64,000 bases of DNA. Source: a virus. The DNA is taken from IMG/VR virus record IMGVR_UViG_3300010413_002950, positions 26,088-90,087 of that record, one strand, 5' to 3'. The translations under genes and the position numbers were made by a program. Positions 27,255-37,627 of the stretch are shown in pieces (position 1 is the stretch's first letter; each line of letters opens with the position of its first letter). The notes beneath the pieces were generated by a model. It searched no databases and was not told the origin of the DNA. It was given only the letters and a program-made list of their open reading frames with translations.

Positions 27255-29675
27255 TTACCTACTTATTGGCATTGCGCCATGATATGCTACTATTCCTGGT
27301 TGCCAAGGTTTCTCTTTTCCTCCCCTACGTTGTATCTCTCTTTCTGCCCTGCTATTGGCTTTAGCTACCTCTCTACCATCAATATTTATGCTAGTGCATT
27401 TGTCCTTGCTAACGCTATCAGCCGCCTGCTGAGCGGCATTTCGTGTCTCTCCAGCTACTTCTGCTAGATTCTCAGAAGTTACCGTTAATTGTTTAGCAAA
27501 ATCTTGCATGAATTTAGCGTTTCCAGACTCTGATTCAGCAATGTATTTCTGGATCATTTCTTGATCCATTTGCATACCTTTCTTTTGGATTGCAGCTATT
27601 TGTGGTGCCCTTTTGGCTTTAGCTTCTTCGGGACCAAGCAAACCAGCTGCTTCTCTTTCTTCCATGGAAACAGCTTTTCTAACAATTATCGGTTTAGCTA
27701 ATTCTTCTGACCACTTTTTCCAGGATTCAGGAGCTTGAATTCCGGCAAATTCTAAACCTTTAACAACCCAGCCTACAGTACTTTTAGCTAAATTGATAAT
27801 GCCGTTAAACAGAGTTTCAAAAGCTGTAGCTATATGGCCTATAATTTCTTGATAGAAATTCAAAAAGCTTTGTCCTGGTCTTTTAAGCGCTAAAACTGCT
27901 ATTCCAATAGCAGCTAAAGCTCCTAATAGAACCAAAACAGGACCAGAAACTAATCCCAACATAGCTATTCCTACAGCCTTTATTGAAGCACCAAAGGCTA
28001 ATAATTTTTGAAATGCAAGAATACCAAGTAATTGACCTAATAACCATAGATCCTTAATAACTGTAATCAAATTTGCAGAGAATGCTACTTGTAAAATTGG
28101 CCCTAACCCTAAAAGAATTCTACCAAAAACAGATAACATTGGAAGCAAACCAGATACTGTCCACCATAGCCCCTTAAATAACATAGACACACCTTTAAGA
28201 GCCACTCCAAAAATTGGCATCATTGCCCCAAAGCCCATAAAGGTAAATGCAAATTCGCTTATTTTCCTTTTAGCACCTGGACCAAAAGCTTCATCTCCAG
28301 CTACACCCCACTGGAATAGAATCTTATGAATTGCTTTGAATGAATTGGATATATTGTTCATAGCATCATCAAAACCTTGAGCTATGGCTACCATATCCCA
28401 GCCAAATTTATCTCCAGCTTCTCTAAGCTTATCAAAATCTGCTCCACTTTTTCTAATTTCTCGAATAGCCTTAACTGCATATAAGAAATTATTAAGTGAT
28501 TCAGTTACAGTTTGAAAAGCTTTTTTACCAGCTCCTTGAAATGGCAAGAATATCTCAATAGCTAAACTCTCCATTGAAGACATAAACAAAGTAAAAGCAC
28601 CAGCTAAATTGTCTAATCTTGTTTTAGCTGCTTCAGATGCAGCTCCCATGCTATCAACTAAAGCGTTTTTCAATGTATTGGTTGATTCAACTCCAGCATC
28701 AGCTAAAGCAGCAAAAGCTCTAGAAGCACGCTGTGGGAAGATAACAGATTCAATTTCTGCTCTTTTAGCAAGATCTGGAATTCTATCTAATGCTTTTCTA
28801 TAATCTGCAACCACTTCAATAAGCGGCCTAAAGCCTTTCCCATCGGCTCTTATAAGGCTAACGCCTAACTTCTCCATAGCCTTAGCTGCTTGTTTAGAAG
28901 GAGATACTAGAGCATTAACTAGGTTCATCATTAACATACCACCGGTGGAACCCTTATGCATTCGATTAGCCAATTGGCCCAAAACAGCTGTAGTTTCTTC
29001 AAGTGTCATCCCCCATTTTTGAGCACTAGATGCACCATAGCTCATAGCTTCAGCCATTTCAGGAAGCGTAGTAGCCGATTTCTGTCCAGCTACGGTTAAT
29101 ACATCTGAAACCCTAGCCGCATCTTTCATCTCTAGCCCCATAGCTCTAGTTACGCCACCAACATATTGAGCTGCTTCTCCTAACCCAATACCAGCAACTG
29201 CAGCTGCATCCATGGTAGGACCAATAGCTTCCATGATTTCATTGGCATTGAAGCCTAAAACACCCAATTCTTTTATAGCCTGAGCTGATTGGGTAGCAGA
29301 AAATACAGATTCAATACCTAGCTGTCTAGTTTTATCAACTAGCATTTTATATTCTTCTTGGCTAATTCCTCTCATTACAGCTTTGATATTAGAAAGCTCT
29401 TTTTCATATTCTACAGACTTCATTATACCAAAGCCCATAGCTGCAGTTAATGGCAACATTGCTTTAGATATTTCTGTAAGCCCCTTAGCTGTAGTTTGAG
29501 CACCCCTACCTATACTACTAAAGGCTTTAGACATATTAGATTCCATGCCAGATCCAGCATTTCTGGTTGATTGCTCAAGGCTAGAAATTGCACGTTTACC
29601 TCTACTCGCTCCAGCTTCCATTTGAGTTGGATTGAGTGTAAGTAGCGCTCCTAAACCCATGGATTCTAATGCCAT
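27255..29675 (-). CDS. tail tape measure protein
   Basis: FSATQSAQA..ELGVLGF TP901-like core; Ala-rich; hydrophobic C-terminal part. Confidence 0.93.
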   Translation of the reverse strand: MALESMGLGALLTLNPTQMEAGASRGKRAISSLEQSTRNAGSGMESNMSKAFSSIGRGAQTTAKGLTEISKAMLPLTAAMGFGIMKSVEYEKELSNIKAVMRGISQEEYKMLVDKTRQLGIESVFSATQSAQAIKELGVLGFNANEIMEAIGPTMDAAAVAGIGLGEAAQYVGGVTRAMGLEMKDAARVSDVLTVAGQKSATTLPEMAEAMSYGASSAQKWGMTLEETTAVLGQLANRMHKGSTGGMLMMNLVNALVSPSKQAAKAMEKLGVSLIRADGKGFRPLIEVVADYRKALDRIPDLAKRAEIESVIFPQRASRAFAALADAGVESTNTLKNALVDSMGAASEAAKTRLDNLAGAFTLFMSSMESLAIEIFLPFQGAGKKAFQTVTESLNNFLYAVKAIREIRKSGADFDKLREAGDKFGWDMVAIAQGFDDAMNNISNSFKAIHKILFQWGVAGDEAFGPGAKRKISEFAFTFMGFGAMMPIFGVALKGVSMLFKGLWWTVSGLLPMLSVFGRILLGLGPILQVAFSANLITVIKDLWLLGQLLGILAFQKLLAFGASIKAVGIAMLGLVSGPVLVLLGALAAIGIAVLALKRPGQSFLNFYQEIIGHIATAFETLFNGIINLAKSTVGWVVKGLEFAGIQAPESWKKWSEELAKPIIVRKAVSMEEREAAGLLGPEEAKAKRAPQIAAIQKKGMQMDQEMIQKYIAESESGNAKFMQDFAKQLTVTSENLAEVAGETRNAAQQAADSVSKDKCTSINIDGREVAKANSRAEREIQRRGGKEKPWQPGIVAYHGAMPISR

Positions 29676-29866
29676 TACTTTATCTCTTCAGCTTTCTTTT
29701 TTGCTTCAAAATATTTAATCATTCTATCAATATATTCTTCCATATATTTAAATTCCATCTCCATAGCTTGATCAAGATTAACTCCGCCACGCGAATGAAA
29801 TGTTATAGTAAATAAGCTATCGTAAACCTCCTTATCCCCGATTAATGGGAAGTAACTGAGAAAAAA
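29675..29866 (-). CDS. -1 frameshift extension of the tail assembly chaperone (GT-like)
   Basis: Slippery T-TTT-TTC at 29866-29860; the -1 frame is open for 62 codons to a TAA overlapping the tape measure ATG. Confidence 0.75.
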   Translation of the reverse strand, partial: FFLSYFPLIGDKEVYDSLFTITFHSRGGVNLDQAMEMEFKYMEEYIDRMIKYFEAKKKAEEIK

Positions 29867-30651
29867 TTATCATATGTCCAATCTATAGGCACTTTCCATT
29901 GATTATTGCAAATTAGCCTATCACAAACTGCATCTATACTCATATCTGGCCCTAAAGAATTATCATTTACCAATTTTAGAATTGTTTCAAAGTCTCTTTT
30001 GCCTATTTCATTTAATTCTCCATCAACAAGAGCCATATCTTTACCATTGACAGATTTGATAGATCCTAACACTATAGTTGATTCCATTTTTTCTAGATTT
30101 GCTGTATCTATATTTTTCATCGAAAACCATCTATTTTGTGTAAAGAGAATGGTTTCAGCCATTTCTCCCCTAATTTCAAATGGTTCTCTAAGCTTATATT
30201 CAAATTCAATATCTTCAATTTTATCAGCCGATCGAATAGGCAATGTGTTTAAATCTCCGCAAAATGAAGTTTTCCACCCACATCTTGGACAATTAAGGTT
30301 AACATCTATTTCTTCACCCATAGTCTCATAGCGAAGTAGTACATAAGCTTGTAAAACATCTCCATGATACATATGATAAATTGCAGCTAGCCTATCATTT
30401 TCTTCCATCTGTGTGAAATCATGTGGCCCAATTCTAGTACACATCTCTGATAGCACCACAGCCACATACTGAAAGAACGTAAGAGCCCCTTTGCCCTTTT
30501 GCCGCTGCTTACGCTTTAGCTCTTCGTTCATCTTTAGATTCCAACGTCTAAAAGCAAGATCTTTATGATAATATCCTGCTTTATCTGGAATGCCAAGAGC
30601 TAATTTTATACCATAATCTTTTAGATCTATTGTCTTAAATTTTTCTATCAC
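29842..30651 (-). CDS. tail assembly chaperone (T4 gp26/gp51-like zinc motifs)
   Basis: Between tube and tape measure; CPRC and C....C motifs; ends DNFF. Confidence 0.75.
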   Translation of the reverse strand: MIEKFKTIDLKDYGIKLALGIPDKAGYYHKDLAFRRWNLKMNEELKRKQRQKGKGALTFFQYVAVVLSEMCTRIGPHDFTQMEENDRLAAIYHMYHGDVLQAYVLLRYETMGEEIDVNLNCPRCGWKTSFCGDLNTLPIRSADKIEDIEFEYKLREPFEIRGEMAETILFTQNRWFSMKNIDTANLEKMESTIVLGSIKSVNGKDMALVDGELNEIGKRDFETILKLVNDNSLGPDMSIDAVCDRLICNNQWKVPIDWTYDNFFSVTSH

Positions 30652-30702
30652 AGCACACCTCCAATCGGATTATCCTTGATAGGCCCTGCTGTATGGGCGT
30701 TA

Positions 30703-31143
30703 TTATACCGGGTTAACCTCATCAGCTTCAAAAAAGTATGTAAACATTGCTGGTTCACCTTCATTTTCCATATCGCCACCAGGAACGGTCCTTCCAGAGA
30801 TCCATAGATTTACTAGCGAAAACGTTCTAGGCGTTCTATCTAGTCGATAGAAAACCATAGATCCGGCTTTTCTATGAGCTGGATCAACTGGAGCTTGACA
30901 CTGTTTATACCATGCTTCTAATGATGCAACTTCTACATCATGATGCATAAATATAGTACCAGTAAATGACACTGGCATTTTCTCTCCAGAAGTTCTTTTA
31001 GTTCTATCTGGCATTTCTATAACATTTAATCTCTCTTCAATGTCATCAGAAGTTTTTAGTGTCAATGGCACTACTCCTGGAACTACCAATTCAAAACTAT
31101 GAAGAGGTATATGATTCTCTTTAATCTTACCTTTTAAACCCAT
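30703..31143 (-). CDS. tail tube protein
   Basis: 146 aa, immediately after the sheath; strong GGAGG SD. Confidence 0.75.
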   Translation of the reverse strand: MGLKGKIKENHIPLHSFELVVPGVVPLTLKTSDDIEERLNVIEMPDRTKRTSGEKMPVSFTGTIFMHHDVEVASLEAWYKQCQAPVDPAHRKAGSMVFYRLDRTPRTFSLVNLWISGRTVPGGDMENEGEPAMFTYFFEADEVNPV

Positions 31144-31184
31144 GTTTTCCTCCTAGCTAGTTCACTCTATTACAGTGTCTATCA

Positions 31185-33515
31185 CTATACAGCTGCTTCA
31201 AAAATGCCAGCTTTGCCCATGCGAATAACAAATCTTTCTACTGTGTTGACGAACCTAAGCTGAACTTCAGCTATCAGATCGCCATTCTCTTTTGTTAATG
31301 GTGTATTAAGCTCATCATCAAGCTTAATGATAACGGCTTCATCAAATGGATATGCATCATCAAAAGCTTTATTGTTATATTCTACTTGAAAGAATCCACG
31401 CAATGAAGCCAAAGCTAATTGCTGTGTTCTAACATTGTTGAGAGCGAATATGATCCAATCATAACTCTCTTGCAGAACATGCTCATAGTAGCTCATAGCT
31501 TCACGCTGATGCTTCCATCTCCAAGTAGGATCAGTAGCAGGTAGACGATCTCCCCAGATAACAAAGTTACCTTGTTTCTTGATAATAACAGGAATTCCCT
31601 TTGGATTAAGAAGTTCCTGATCAAGAATAGCGTCTCCAGTTGGTAGCTTCAGGATAGCTGGCAACGTTGCATCGATACCAGCTTCAGCTTTATGATAACC
31701 AAAGTTGTCTACAGCAATTCTAGCTTCTCTACCATGAACCATTCCCGTAACAGGAACTAGTTTTAGCTTACCTTCTCCATTACCTTGTGGATCTGCCATG
31801 TAAGCGTAACTTGGGAAGATTGTAGCTGAATAATTACTTCTTCCAATTGTATCATTGATATAGTCAATTGCTGCATCTTCAGTAGTAATATTGCTCGGAA
31901 TTTCAACTCTATATTGATGGTTTTTAGCATCTGCATAAGCTATACCAGCTTTTTGTACTGCTGTAGAATTTACACCTGGAGTAGCCAATTTCAATAGCCC
32001 CATATTAAGTCCAAGAACTCTATTGAATGGACTAGAATCTACATCCCATAGTTGTTGATTATAGCTAGCATCTACAACATCTGCATTACCATCTCTACCG
32101 CCTTCAAGCTCTAGAGTTGCTTCAACTCGAAAGTCATCTGCAGTAGTAGCTACAGCTGTCATGTCAGATCCATCAGCTACAGTGATAATCTGATGGGTGT
32201 TATCTACAATCCGAAACTTTTTGTTTCTATCAGCAGAATTGGTTTGATCTGGAAACAGATAGCCACCGATCAAGGAATCAGCTATAAATGGCTTGTAGTT
32301 AATAATCAATGTATCTGTAGCAACCAACGGAGTAGCTCCAGCTGTAACCGTAAACGGTGGAGCCCACCAGATATCAGGTGTAAATAGAGATCCTAGCGTA
32401 ATAGATCCAAGATCACCAAACTTATCACTAACTGCATCTCCAGCTGTAGGTGATGTCATGGTAACAGTAATCTTCTGAGCTACCATCAAATCAGAAGTAG
32501 TTCCCAATGCAAAGGTTGGATTTCCACCAGTAGGAGAGTTGATAGTAAAATCTGCTATTTCAGCTGTCAAAGTCAAAGCTGTTACTGCAGAATTCTTGCC
32601 ATAGATATTAGCTGGTCGAATAGCGCTAGTAATAGATCCAACCCAAACATTAGTGGCTTCGATCTCATAATTGGCAGAATCGTTATTTATAATATCTACC
32701 CAATACCTTGAGGATGCAGGATCCATAGAGAGGTTTGGATAGCTAGTGATCAAATCTCCATCAACATATACATCTAATGCAAATTCAGTATCTGGATTTT
32801 CTTCACCATTCCTGATTTTGATGCTAATAGCTTTACTTTCGTTTTCACGAGTAATATAAACCTGAAGATCTGTTGGTGAACCCCCAAGATCAGTAGCCAT
32901 AGTTAGATCTGGCTCAACTGTGAAATCCCATTCACTGGTTCCTGAGTTCCAGACATTACCAAGGATCTTATACTGTGTGGTTCCAACTTCACCAAACTGA
33001 ATGTATCCACCCTTATATTCATCAGTCTCAAAAGAGCTTTCAACAACTGTAGGCACCTCTGAAGCACCTAATGAAAGAACAGTCTCAGTTACTTGACCTA
33101 CAGCACTTAAGAGAGTTGTATATCTCTTTAACTTACCGCCCCAGCGTCCGCCATTATGAGCTTTGATAGTACCTACATGTGTTAGAACAGAAGACATGCG
33201 AGCATATAGCTTCATTTCAGCTTGTAGCTCATTGCCATCAGTAACTCGCACAAGAACCAAGCCTCCAGCTCCATTAGCATTTTTGTAATACTCATAGATT
33301 GCATCTGGGCATAGGCTATCATCCAAATAGCTTCCAACCCTACGCTGTGCCAACTTGCTAGTACCAGCAAAAATCAATTCACCAACTGGCCCTTTTTCAA
33401 GGATACCGCCATAACCTGCCCATCCAAGAGCCCCTGGAGAAATTTGCTTTTCTCCTTCAAGTTCTTGAATCTGAGTTCCCGCTCCAAAAATAGGCCCATA
33501 AACCTTATTTGCCAT
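31185..33515 (-). CDS. contractile tail sheath protein
   Basis: EKGPVGE, LVRV, LNPKGI.VI..QGNFVIWGDR, ERFVIR motifs. Confidence 0.93.
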   Translation of the reverse strand: MANKVYGPIFGAGTQIQELEGEKQISPGALGWAGYGGILEKGPVGELIFAGTSKLAQRRVGSYLDDSLCPDAIYEYYKNANGAGGLVLVRVTDGNELQAEMKLYARMSSVLTHVGTIKAHNGGRWGGKLKRYTTLLSAVGQVTETVLSLGASEVPTVVESSFETDEYKGGYIQFGEVGTTQYKILGNVWNSGTSEWDFTVEPDLTMATDLGGSPTDLQVYITRENESKAISIKIRNGEENPDTEFALDVYVDGDLITSYPNLSMDPASSRYWVDIINNDSANYEIEATNVWVGSITSAIRPANIYGKNSAVTALTLTAEIADFTINSPTGGNPTFALGTTSDLMVAQKITVTMTSPTAGDAVSDKFGDLGSITLGSLFTPDIWWAPPFTVTAGATPLVATDTLIINYKPFIADSLIGGYLFPDQTNSADRNKKFRIVDNTHQIITVADGSDMTAVATTADDFRVEATLELEGGRDGNADVVDASYNQQLWDVDSSPFNRVLGLNMGLLKLATPGVNSTAVQKAGIAYADAKNHQYRVEIPSNITTEDAAIDYINDTIGRSNYSATIFPSYAYMADPQGNGEGKLKLVPVTGMVHGREARIAVDNFGYHKAEAGIDATLPAILKLPTGDAILDQELLNPKGIPVIIKKQGNFVIWGDRLPATDPTWRWKHQREAMSYYEHVLQESYDWIIFALNNVRTQQLALASLRGFFQVEYNNKAFDDAYPFDEAVIIKLDDELNTPLTKENGDLIAEVQLRFVNTVERFVIRMGKAGIFEAAV

Positions 33516-33524
33516 AATTCCTCC

Positions 33525-34766
33525 TTATTGGACTTCTACGTCTAAATCGCCTCCAATATCAAACTGAGCCACAAGATTTCCATCATAAGCATCTTTTGCC
33601 CATACACAGAAATTAGGGATTCGGAACGTTGCGACCCAAGAATGCAAATCTTTTTCTTCCTCGGAATTTGATTGCTCGTATTCCTCTACTAACCATAGCC
33701 TATAACGTTCATCTAATCCTGTCGATACAATGATAAAATTATTCGCGAAATACCGCTTAACAGCAGATGTGAGGCGAAGGTGATCTACTTGTTTATCGGT
33801 TATACCTCGAATAGTAAAATTTAGATTCCCCTGTATGGGACCTGGCAAAACTTTAGCTGTTCCGTCTGATTTTTTACCTACATAGTCTTCTGTGTACCAC
33901 TGTACTGCATCTGTAAAACTAACATCTTCTAGTATCAACGATGGAATTTTTTCTACTTCATACCAATCTCTGCTAGTAGAAATAGCCACTATTGGCTCAT
34001 ACTTGAACCTAATCCACATTAGCTGACCAGCTACAACTGAAGCTGAAAGCGTTAGCTGTTTGGTAACTGGATTATAGCTACTAAATATGTCGTTATTATG
34101 ATCCGGATCTGTAGTATGGTTGAATACAGAGTCAATATCAACTATGTTATAATCTGTATCAATTTCTATATCCATATCAACATAGGTTCCAGAATTTTGC
34201 TGTACCAAATTGATTCTAGCTATCGGTCTGATATTTGTCTTCAATTTTCTGACAATAGTTCTGAGAATCATATCCTCTTCTTCAGAATCAAGAAGAGCAC
34301 CATAAGCTACACGAATCTCTATCAATTCTGGAGTCACAGTTGAATCTGATGTTCTGAGATTAACTATTACCTGTAGCTTTCTTTCTGTAGCTGGAAAGGA
34401 AACTATGTTCTCAGCTATTTCATCTTCTGTATTCCAGTTGTTTGTGGTTACAGCCCATGCGGATCCATTCCAGTAATATTCGTTTGTTCCATCTCCAAGT
34501 CTAAAATATGCCGAAGTTACTTGCTCGCCATTAATCTTTTTATGTAGAATTTCTGCGTCAAAGCCTTGCCATTCTCTTACTGCGTCTGGATTAGCTATCC
34601 ATGATTTTACATAAAGATCTGTAGCTGTAGGATAAACATTTGAGCCATAAGTTCCTAGCTGTGCTCTATGTGTTTTTGGATCAATTCTGGTATTTGGACC
34701 TAATTCTACCCTAGCCCTATCGGCTTCTTCAAATGTAAAATGCTTTATGTAAGTTCTTAAATCCAT
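33525..34766 (-). CDS. tail completion/terminator-like protein
   Basis: Position before the sheath; PSLILED and following beta-strand pattern. Confidence 0.55.
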   Translation of the reverse strand: MDLRTYIKHFTFEEADRARVELGPNTRIDPKTHRAQLGTYGSNVYPTATDLYVKSWIANPDAVREWQGFDAEILHKKINGEQVTSAYFRLGDGTNEYYWNGSAWAVTTNNWNTEDEIAENIVSFPATERKLQVIVNLRTSDSTVTPELIEIRVAYGALLDSEEEDMILRTIVRKLKTNIRPIARINLVQQNSGTYVDMDIEIDTDYNIVDIDSVFNHTTDPDHNNDIFSSYNPVTKQLTLSASVVAGQLMWIRFKYEPIVAISTSRDWYEVEKIPSLILEDVSFTDAVQWYTEDYVGKKSDGTAKVLPGPIQGNLNFTIRGITDKQVDHLRLTSAVKRYFANNFIIVSTGLDERYRLWLVEEYEQSNSEEEKDLHSWVATFRIPNFCVWAKDAYDGNLVAQFDIGGDLDVEVQ

Positions 34767-35413
34767 TATCTTGTTTTCTTCTTACCACGCTCAGCTAATT
34801 CTTTAAACCCATCACCAATTGACTTTAGCCAATTTGCTTCAGCTATTTTCTTAAGGCTAGGATCTTGCATTGCATATCGTATAAATGGCCTTTTAGGAAT
34901 AACTATTGCTTTAGTTGAAGCTTTTAGGGGATAGAATTTTTTGGTTTTTGACATTTCCCAAATAGCTTTAGCCCTACCGCTTAATTTTGAAATAGGAATA
35001 TTACCATTTGAGGCTTGCCATAAGTACCAAAACATAGCTCTCATTTTTTTAGTAACCTTAATGGTAACTCCATTATGTACGGCTTTACCCACATTGTAAT
35101 TCTTGTCTGTTCTAAGAAGCCCTATAAAAGCTATATTCCAAGCTGGAACAGAATAAGTAATAGCATTAAACATATCAGCTCCAGCTGTTCCAACTATTGG
35201 CTTATTACCACCCTTAATAGCCCTTGTAAGTTCTGCGTTTCTAGGTGGTACACCTGTCTTTATCTCTTGCCTTATCTGTCTCCTAATGGCTATAGCGTTT
35301 TTTGTAGTGCCTTTTTTGATATGCTTCTGCATTCCTATCATTAGAGTTTTTGGAGAAAGTCCATTAATTAGCACTCTCCAATTTCCATCTAATTGTATTG
35401 ATACACTAGCCAT
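34766..35413 (-). CDS. neck / tail-completion protein (basic)
   Basis: IPKRPFIR motif; position; likely start 35413. Confidence 0.7.
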   Translation of the reverse strand: MASVSIQLDGNWRVLINGLSPKTLMIGMQKHIKKGTTKNAIAIRRQIRQEIKTGVPPRNAELTRAIKGGNKPIVGTAGADMFNAITYSVPAWNIAFIGLLRTDKNYNVGKAVHNGVTIKVTKKMRAMFWYLWQASNGNIPISKLSGRAKAIWEMSKTKKFYPLKASTKAIVIPKRPFIRYAMQDPSLKKIAEANWLKSIGDGFKELAERGKKKTR

Positions 35414-35804
35414 GTTTTGCTGGTTGCCGATCTGCAAAATAGCATTTTAGTAGAGTGTGACCAAAGGCTGAATAATGCCCCATTGGCTCTATGCGAGAAA
35501 TATAAGAATCATGAGATATATTGCCTATTTGTATAATTCTGTCATTAACATTTATTGTAATACTAGCGCTATCCAAATCTCTCTGTCTAAAAAGCACATA
35601 GCCTCTTTCATTTTCCTGAACTCCACCAGTATGGTAAGATTGCTCCTTGCTAGAGCCATACTTCACTTGACCAGGAATTGTTACTGTAGAATTTCTAGCA
35701 GCTTGTTGAATTGGCTCTCTAGCATCTTCATCATAGATTGTTTCACTATAATTAATTTGCTCAATCTGCACATTTACCGGATGTAGCAATCTAGGATAAG
35801 GCAT
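35406..35804 (-). CDS. head closure protein
   Basis: Position after the adaptor; beta-rich; likely start 35804. Confidence 0.6.
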   Translation of the reverse strand: MPYPRLLHPVNVQIEQINYSETIYDEDAREPIQQAARNSTVTIPGQVKYGSSKEQSYHTGGVQENERGYVLFRQRDLDSASITINVNDRIIQIGNISHDSYISRIEPMGHYSAFGHTLLKCYFADRQPAKHG

Positions 35805-36904
35805 TAGTAGTATCTCCAATGGCTAGGAGTGGCTATTCCGATTGGAGCTTTATAAAGCTTTACGATATCAAGAATTTCTTGATCCTGAGTTATACCCGTA
35901 AGTCCTACTCTTCTATCTACAAAATCTGCATCTCCATATTTGATAGAATGCCCATCTGTTTTTTCTTCAATTACTACTCCAGCTATAATCGTAGGGGGTG
36001 GAGCTGGAGCTGGATCTCCAAGAGCTATATAAACCGGATTTGTAAGCTTTTCAATTACAAGCTTTAGCAGTGCTCTCTGAATAAGCAACGGTGTTGTTCC
36101 ATCTGGTTCTGTAAAACCAAATGTGCCACTAACTACATGGTTCTGATAACCTTTTTCAAAAACTATTGGGTATCTGCTATATGGAGATACGAATAAGCTT
36201 CTTCTAGTATCTGTACTTCTTCTAAGCTTAATTCTTGGATTTCTTCTATCATCAGGATAGGTGCGAGAATTATAAACTCTATATAGCGATGTATCTAAAT
36301 TATCAGGAGAATTGTTAATTCTTAGATAGTCACAGGTTATAATTGGAACTCCAAGATGAATGGTATCCGTATTATCTCCATCAAAATTTATCGTTAACGC
36401 TCTAGAATTAAACCATTGCCTACACATTCGATCTAAAGCTTGTTGCCAAGTTATAATTGCCGTTTCTATTTGGTAATCTGGAAAATCATCAGATGCAGAT
36501 CCTAAAGCTGCCTTAACATCTTCAACAGTTATATAGGTATCTGTTGGTACTCCATCTACAGCTATTAGCTCAAAATCTTCAGCGCCATATTGAAATGAAG
36601 ATGTAGATTGATATTTCCATCTCCAGAATATCCTATGTGTTCCAACCCAAGCATCAGCTTCTGGCGTCCAGCCTTGGGAATTAGCATTGTCGTAAGCATA
36701 GTAAGATCCTGTATCAAATTTACCAGGAGCTGCAGAAACATCTTCCCAACCGGACAATGGAAAGATCTGTGTGCCTGGTAGTCCATCTTCAATTCTAAAG
36801 ATCTGAAATTCAACTGAATACATATCGGTTTTTACACTATTTAGCGTAGTAAACCAATTGATGTTAGTAGTTGTATTTTCTTCTTCTCTAGCTATTCTTG
36901 GCAT
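35804..36904 (-). CDS. head-tail adaptor with extra N-terminal domain
   Basis: YITVEDVKAAL...IETAI...LDRMCRQWF adaptor motif. Confidence 0.7.
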   Translation of the reverse strand: MPRIAREEENTTTNINWFTTLNSVKTDMYSVEFQIFRIEDGLPGTQIFPLSGWEDVSAAPGKFDTGSYYAYDNANSQGWTPEADAWVGTHRIFWRWKYQSTSSFQYGAEDFELIAVDGVPTDTYITVEDVKAALGSASDDFPDYQIETAIITWQQALDRMCRQWFNSRALTINFDGDNTDTIHLGVPIITCDYLRINNSPDNLDTSLYRVYNSRTYPDDRRNPRIKLRRSTDTRRSLFVSPYSRYPIVFEKGYQNHVVSGTFGFTEPDGTTPLLIQRALLKLVIEKLTNPVYIALGDPAPAPPPTIIAGVVIEEKTDGHSIKYGDADFVDRRVGLTGITQDQEILDIVKLYKAPIGIATPSHWRYY

Positions 36905-36911
36905 AATTTAC

Positions 36912-37181
36912 CTACGGAATTGCTCCATCTGGATCAAATGGTGAACCTTCTGCGTCTTTTTCTACATAAAACCCTTGAACTACATCTCCAGCCAAAGGTG
37001 CTGTAGTCATAGTAACTTGGGTTTCGCTATTTTCCACACAGCCAAAGCGATCATCATCTTGCTCATAGCTAGTTCCATTAATAACTGGCCTAAAGCTACC
37101 AGCAAGAAATGCTTCAGGCGTAGTAAATACTGTATTTACTCCATTTACCGTTCCAGTTAATTCTACGATTACGCTTGCCAT
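36912..37181 (-). CDS. small virion protein
   Basis: GTVNGVNTVFT...TTAPLAGD motif. Confidence 0.65.
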   Translation of the reverse strand: MASVIVELTGTVNGVNTVFTTPEAFLAGSFRPVINGTSYEQDDDRFGCVENSETQVTMTTAPLAGDVVQGFYVEKDAEGSPFDPDGAIP

Positions 37182-37187
37182 GATAAC

Positions 37188-37625
37188 CTACTGATAATCT
37201 TGATCAAATGTTCCTAGCCAATTCGTACCGTCAAAAATAAACTTAATTAGATCTACGGCGCTAGAACCTACAGATATTGTTGGAGCCGTTCCACCAGGCC
37301 AAAGTATTTTTGCTGGATAATTTGTAATATTGTAAGGGGTTGTAGCATCTTGAATTACCTTTAGATAAAGCTTAGCTGATCCAGCTGGATCTGTAAATGC
37401 TGGGGCTGTAACATTTTCTGTGAGCGTAATAACTAGAAAATTGCTATCGCTAAAATCAAAAGTAGCAGCTCCAGAAACAGAGGAAACAGTTGGTATAGCC
37501 TTATGAGATACAGCTCCAGCTTTTTCTATATTAACCTGAGTGGTTGAACCCTTGCCAATTTCGACTACATCTGAATCGCCATCGATAGTGATTTTTGTGT
37601 TTTCTACACCAATTCTACCAACCAT
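37188..37625 (-). CDS. virion fibre-associated protein
   Basis: VIQDAT...WPGGTAPTIS...VDLIKF..DGTNW motif common in fibre C-termini. Confidence 0.7.
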   Translation of the reverse strand: MVGRIGVENTKITIDGDSDVVEIGKGSTTQVNIEKAGAVSHKAIPTVSSVSGAATFDFSDSNFLVITLTENVTAPAFTDPAGSAKLYLKVIQDATTPYNITNYPAKILWPGGTAPTISVGSSAVDLIKFIFDGTNWLGTFDQDYQ

Positions 37626-37627
37626 GA

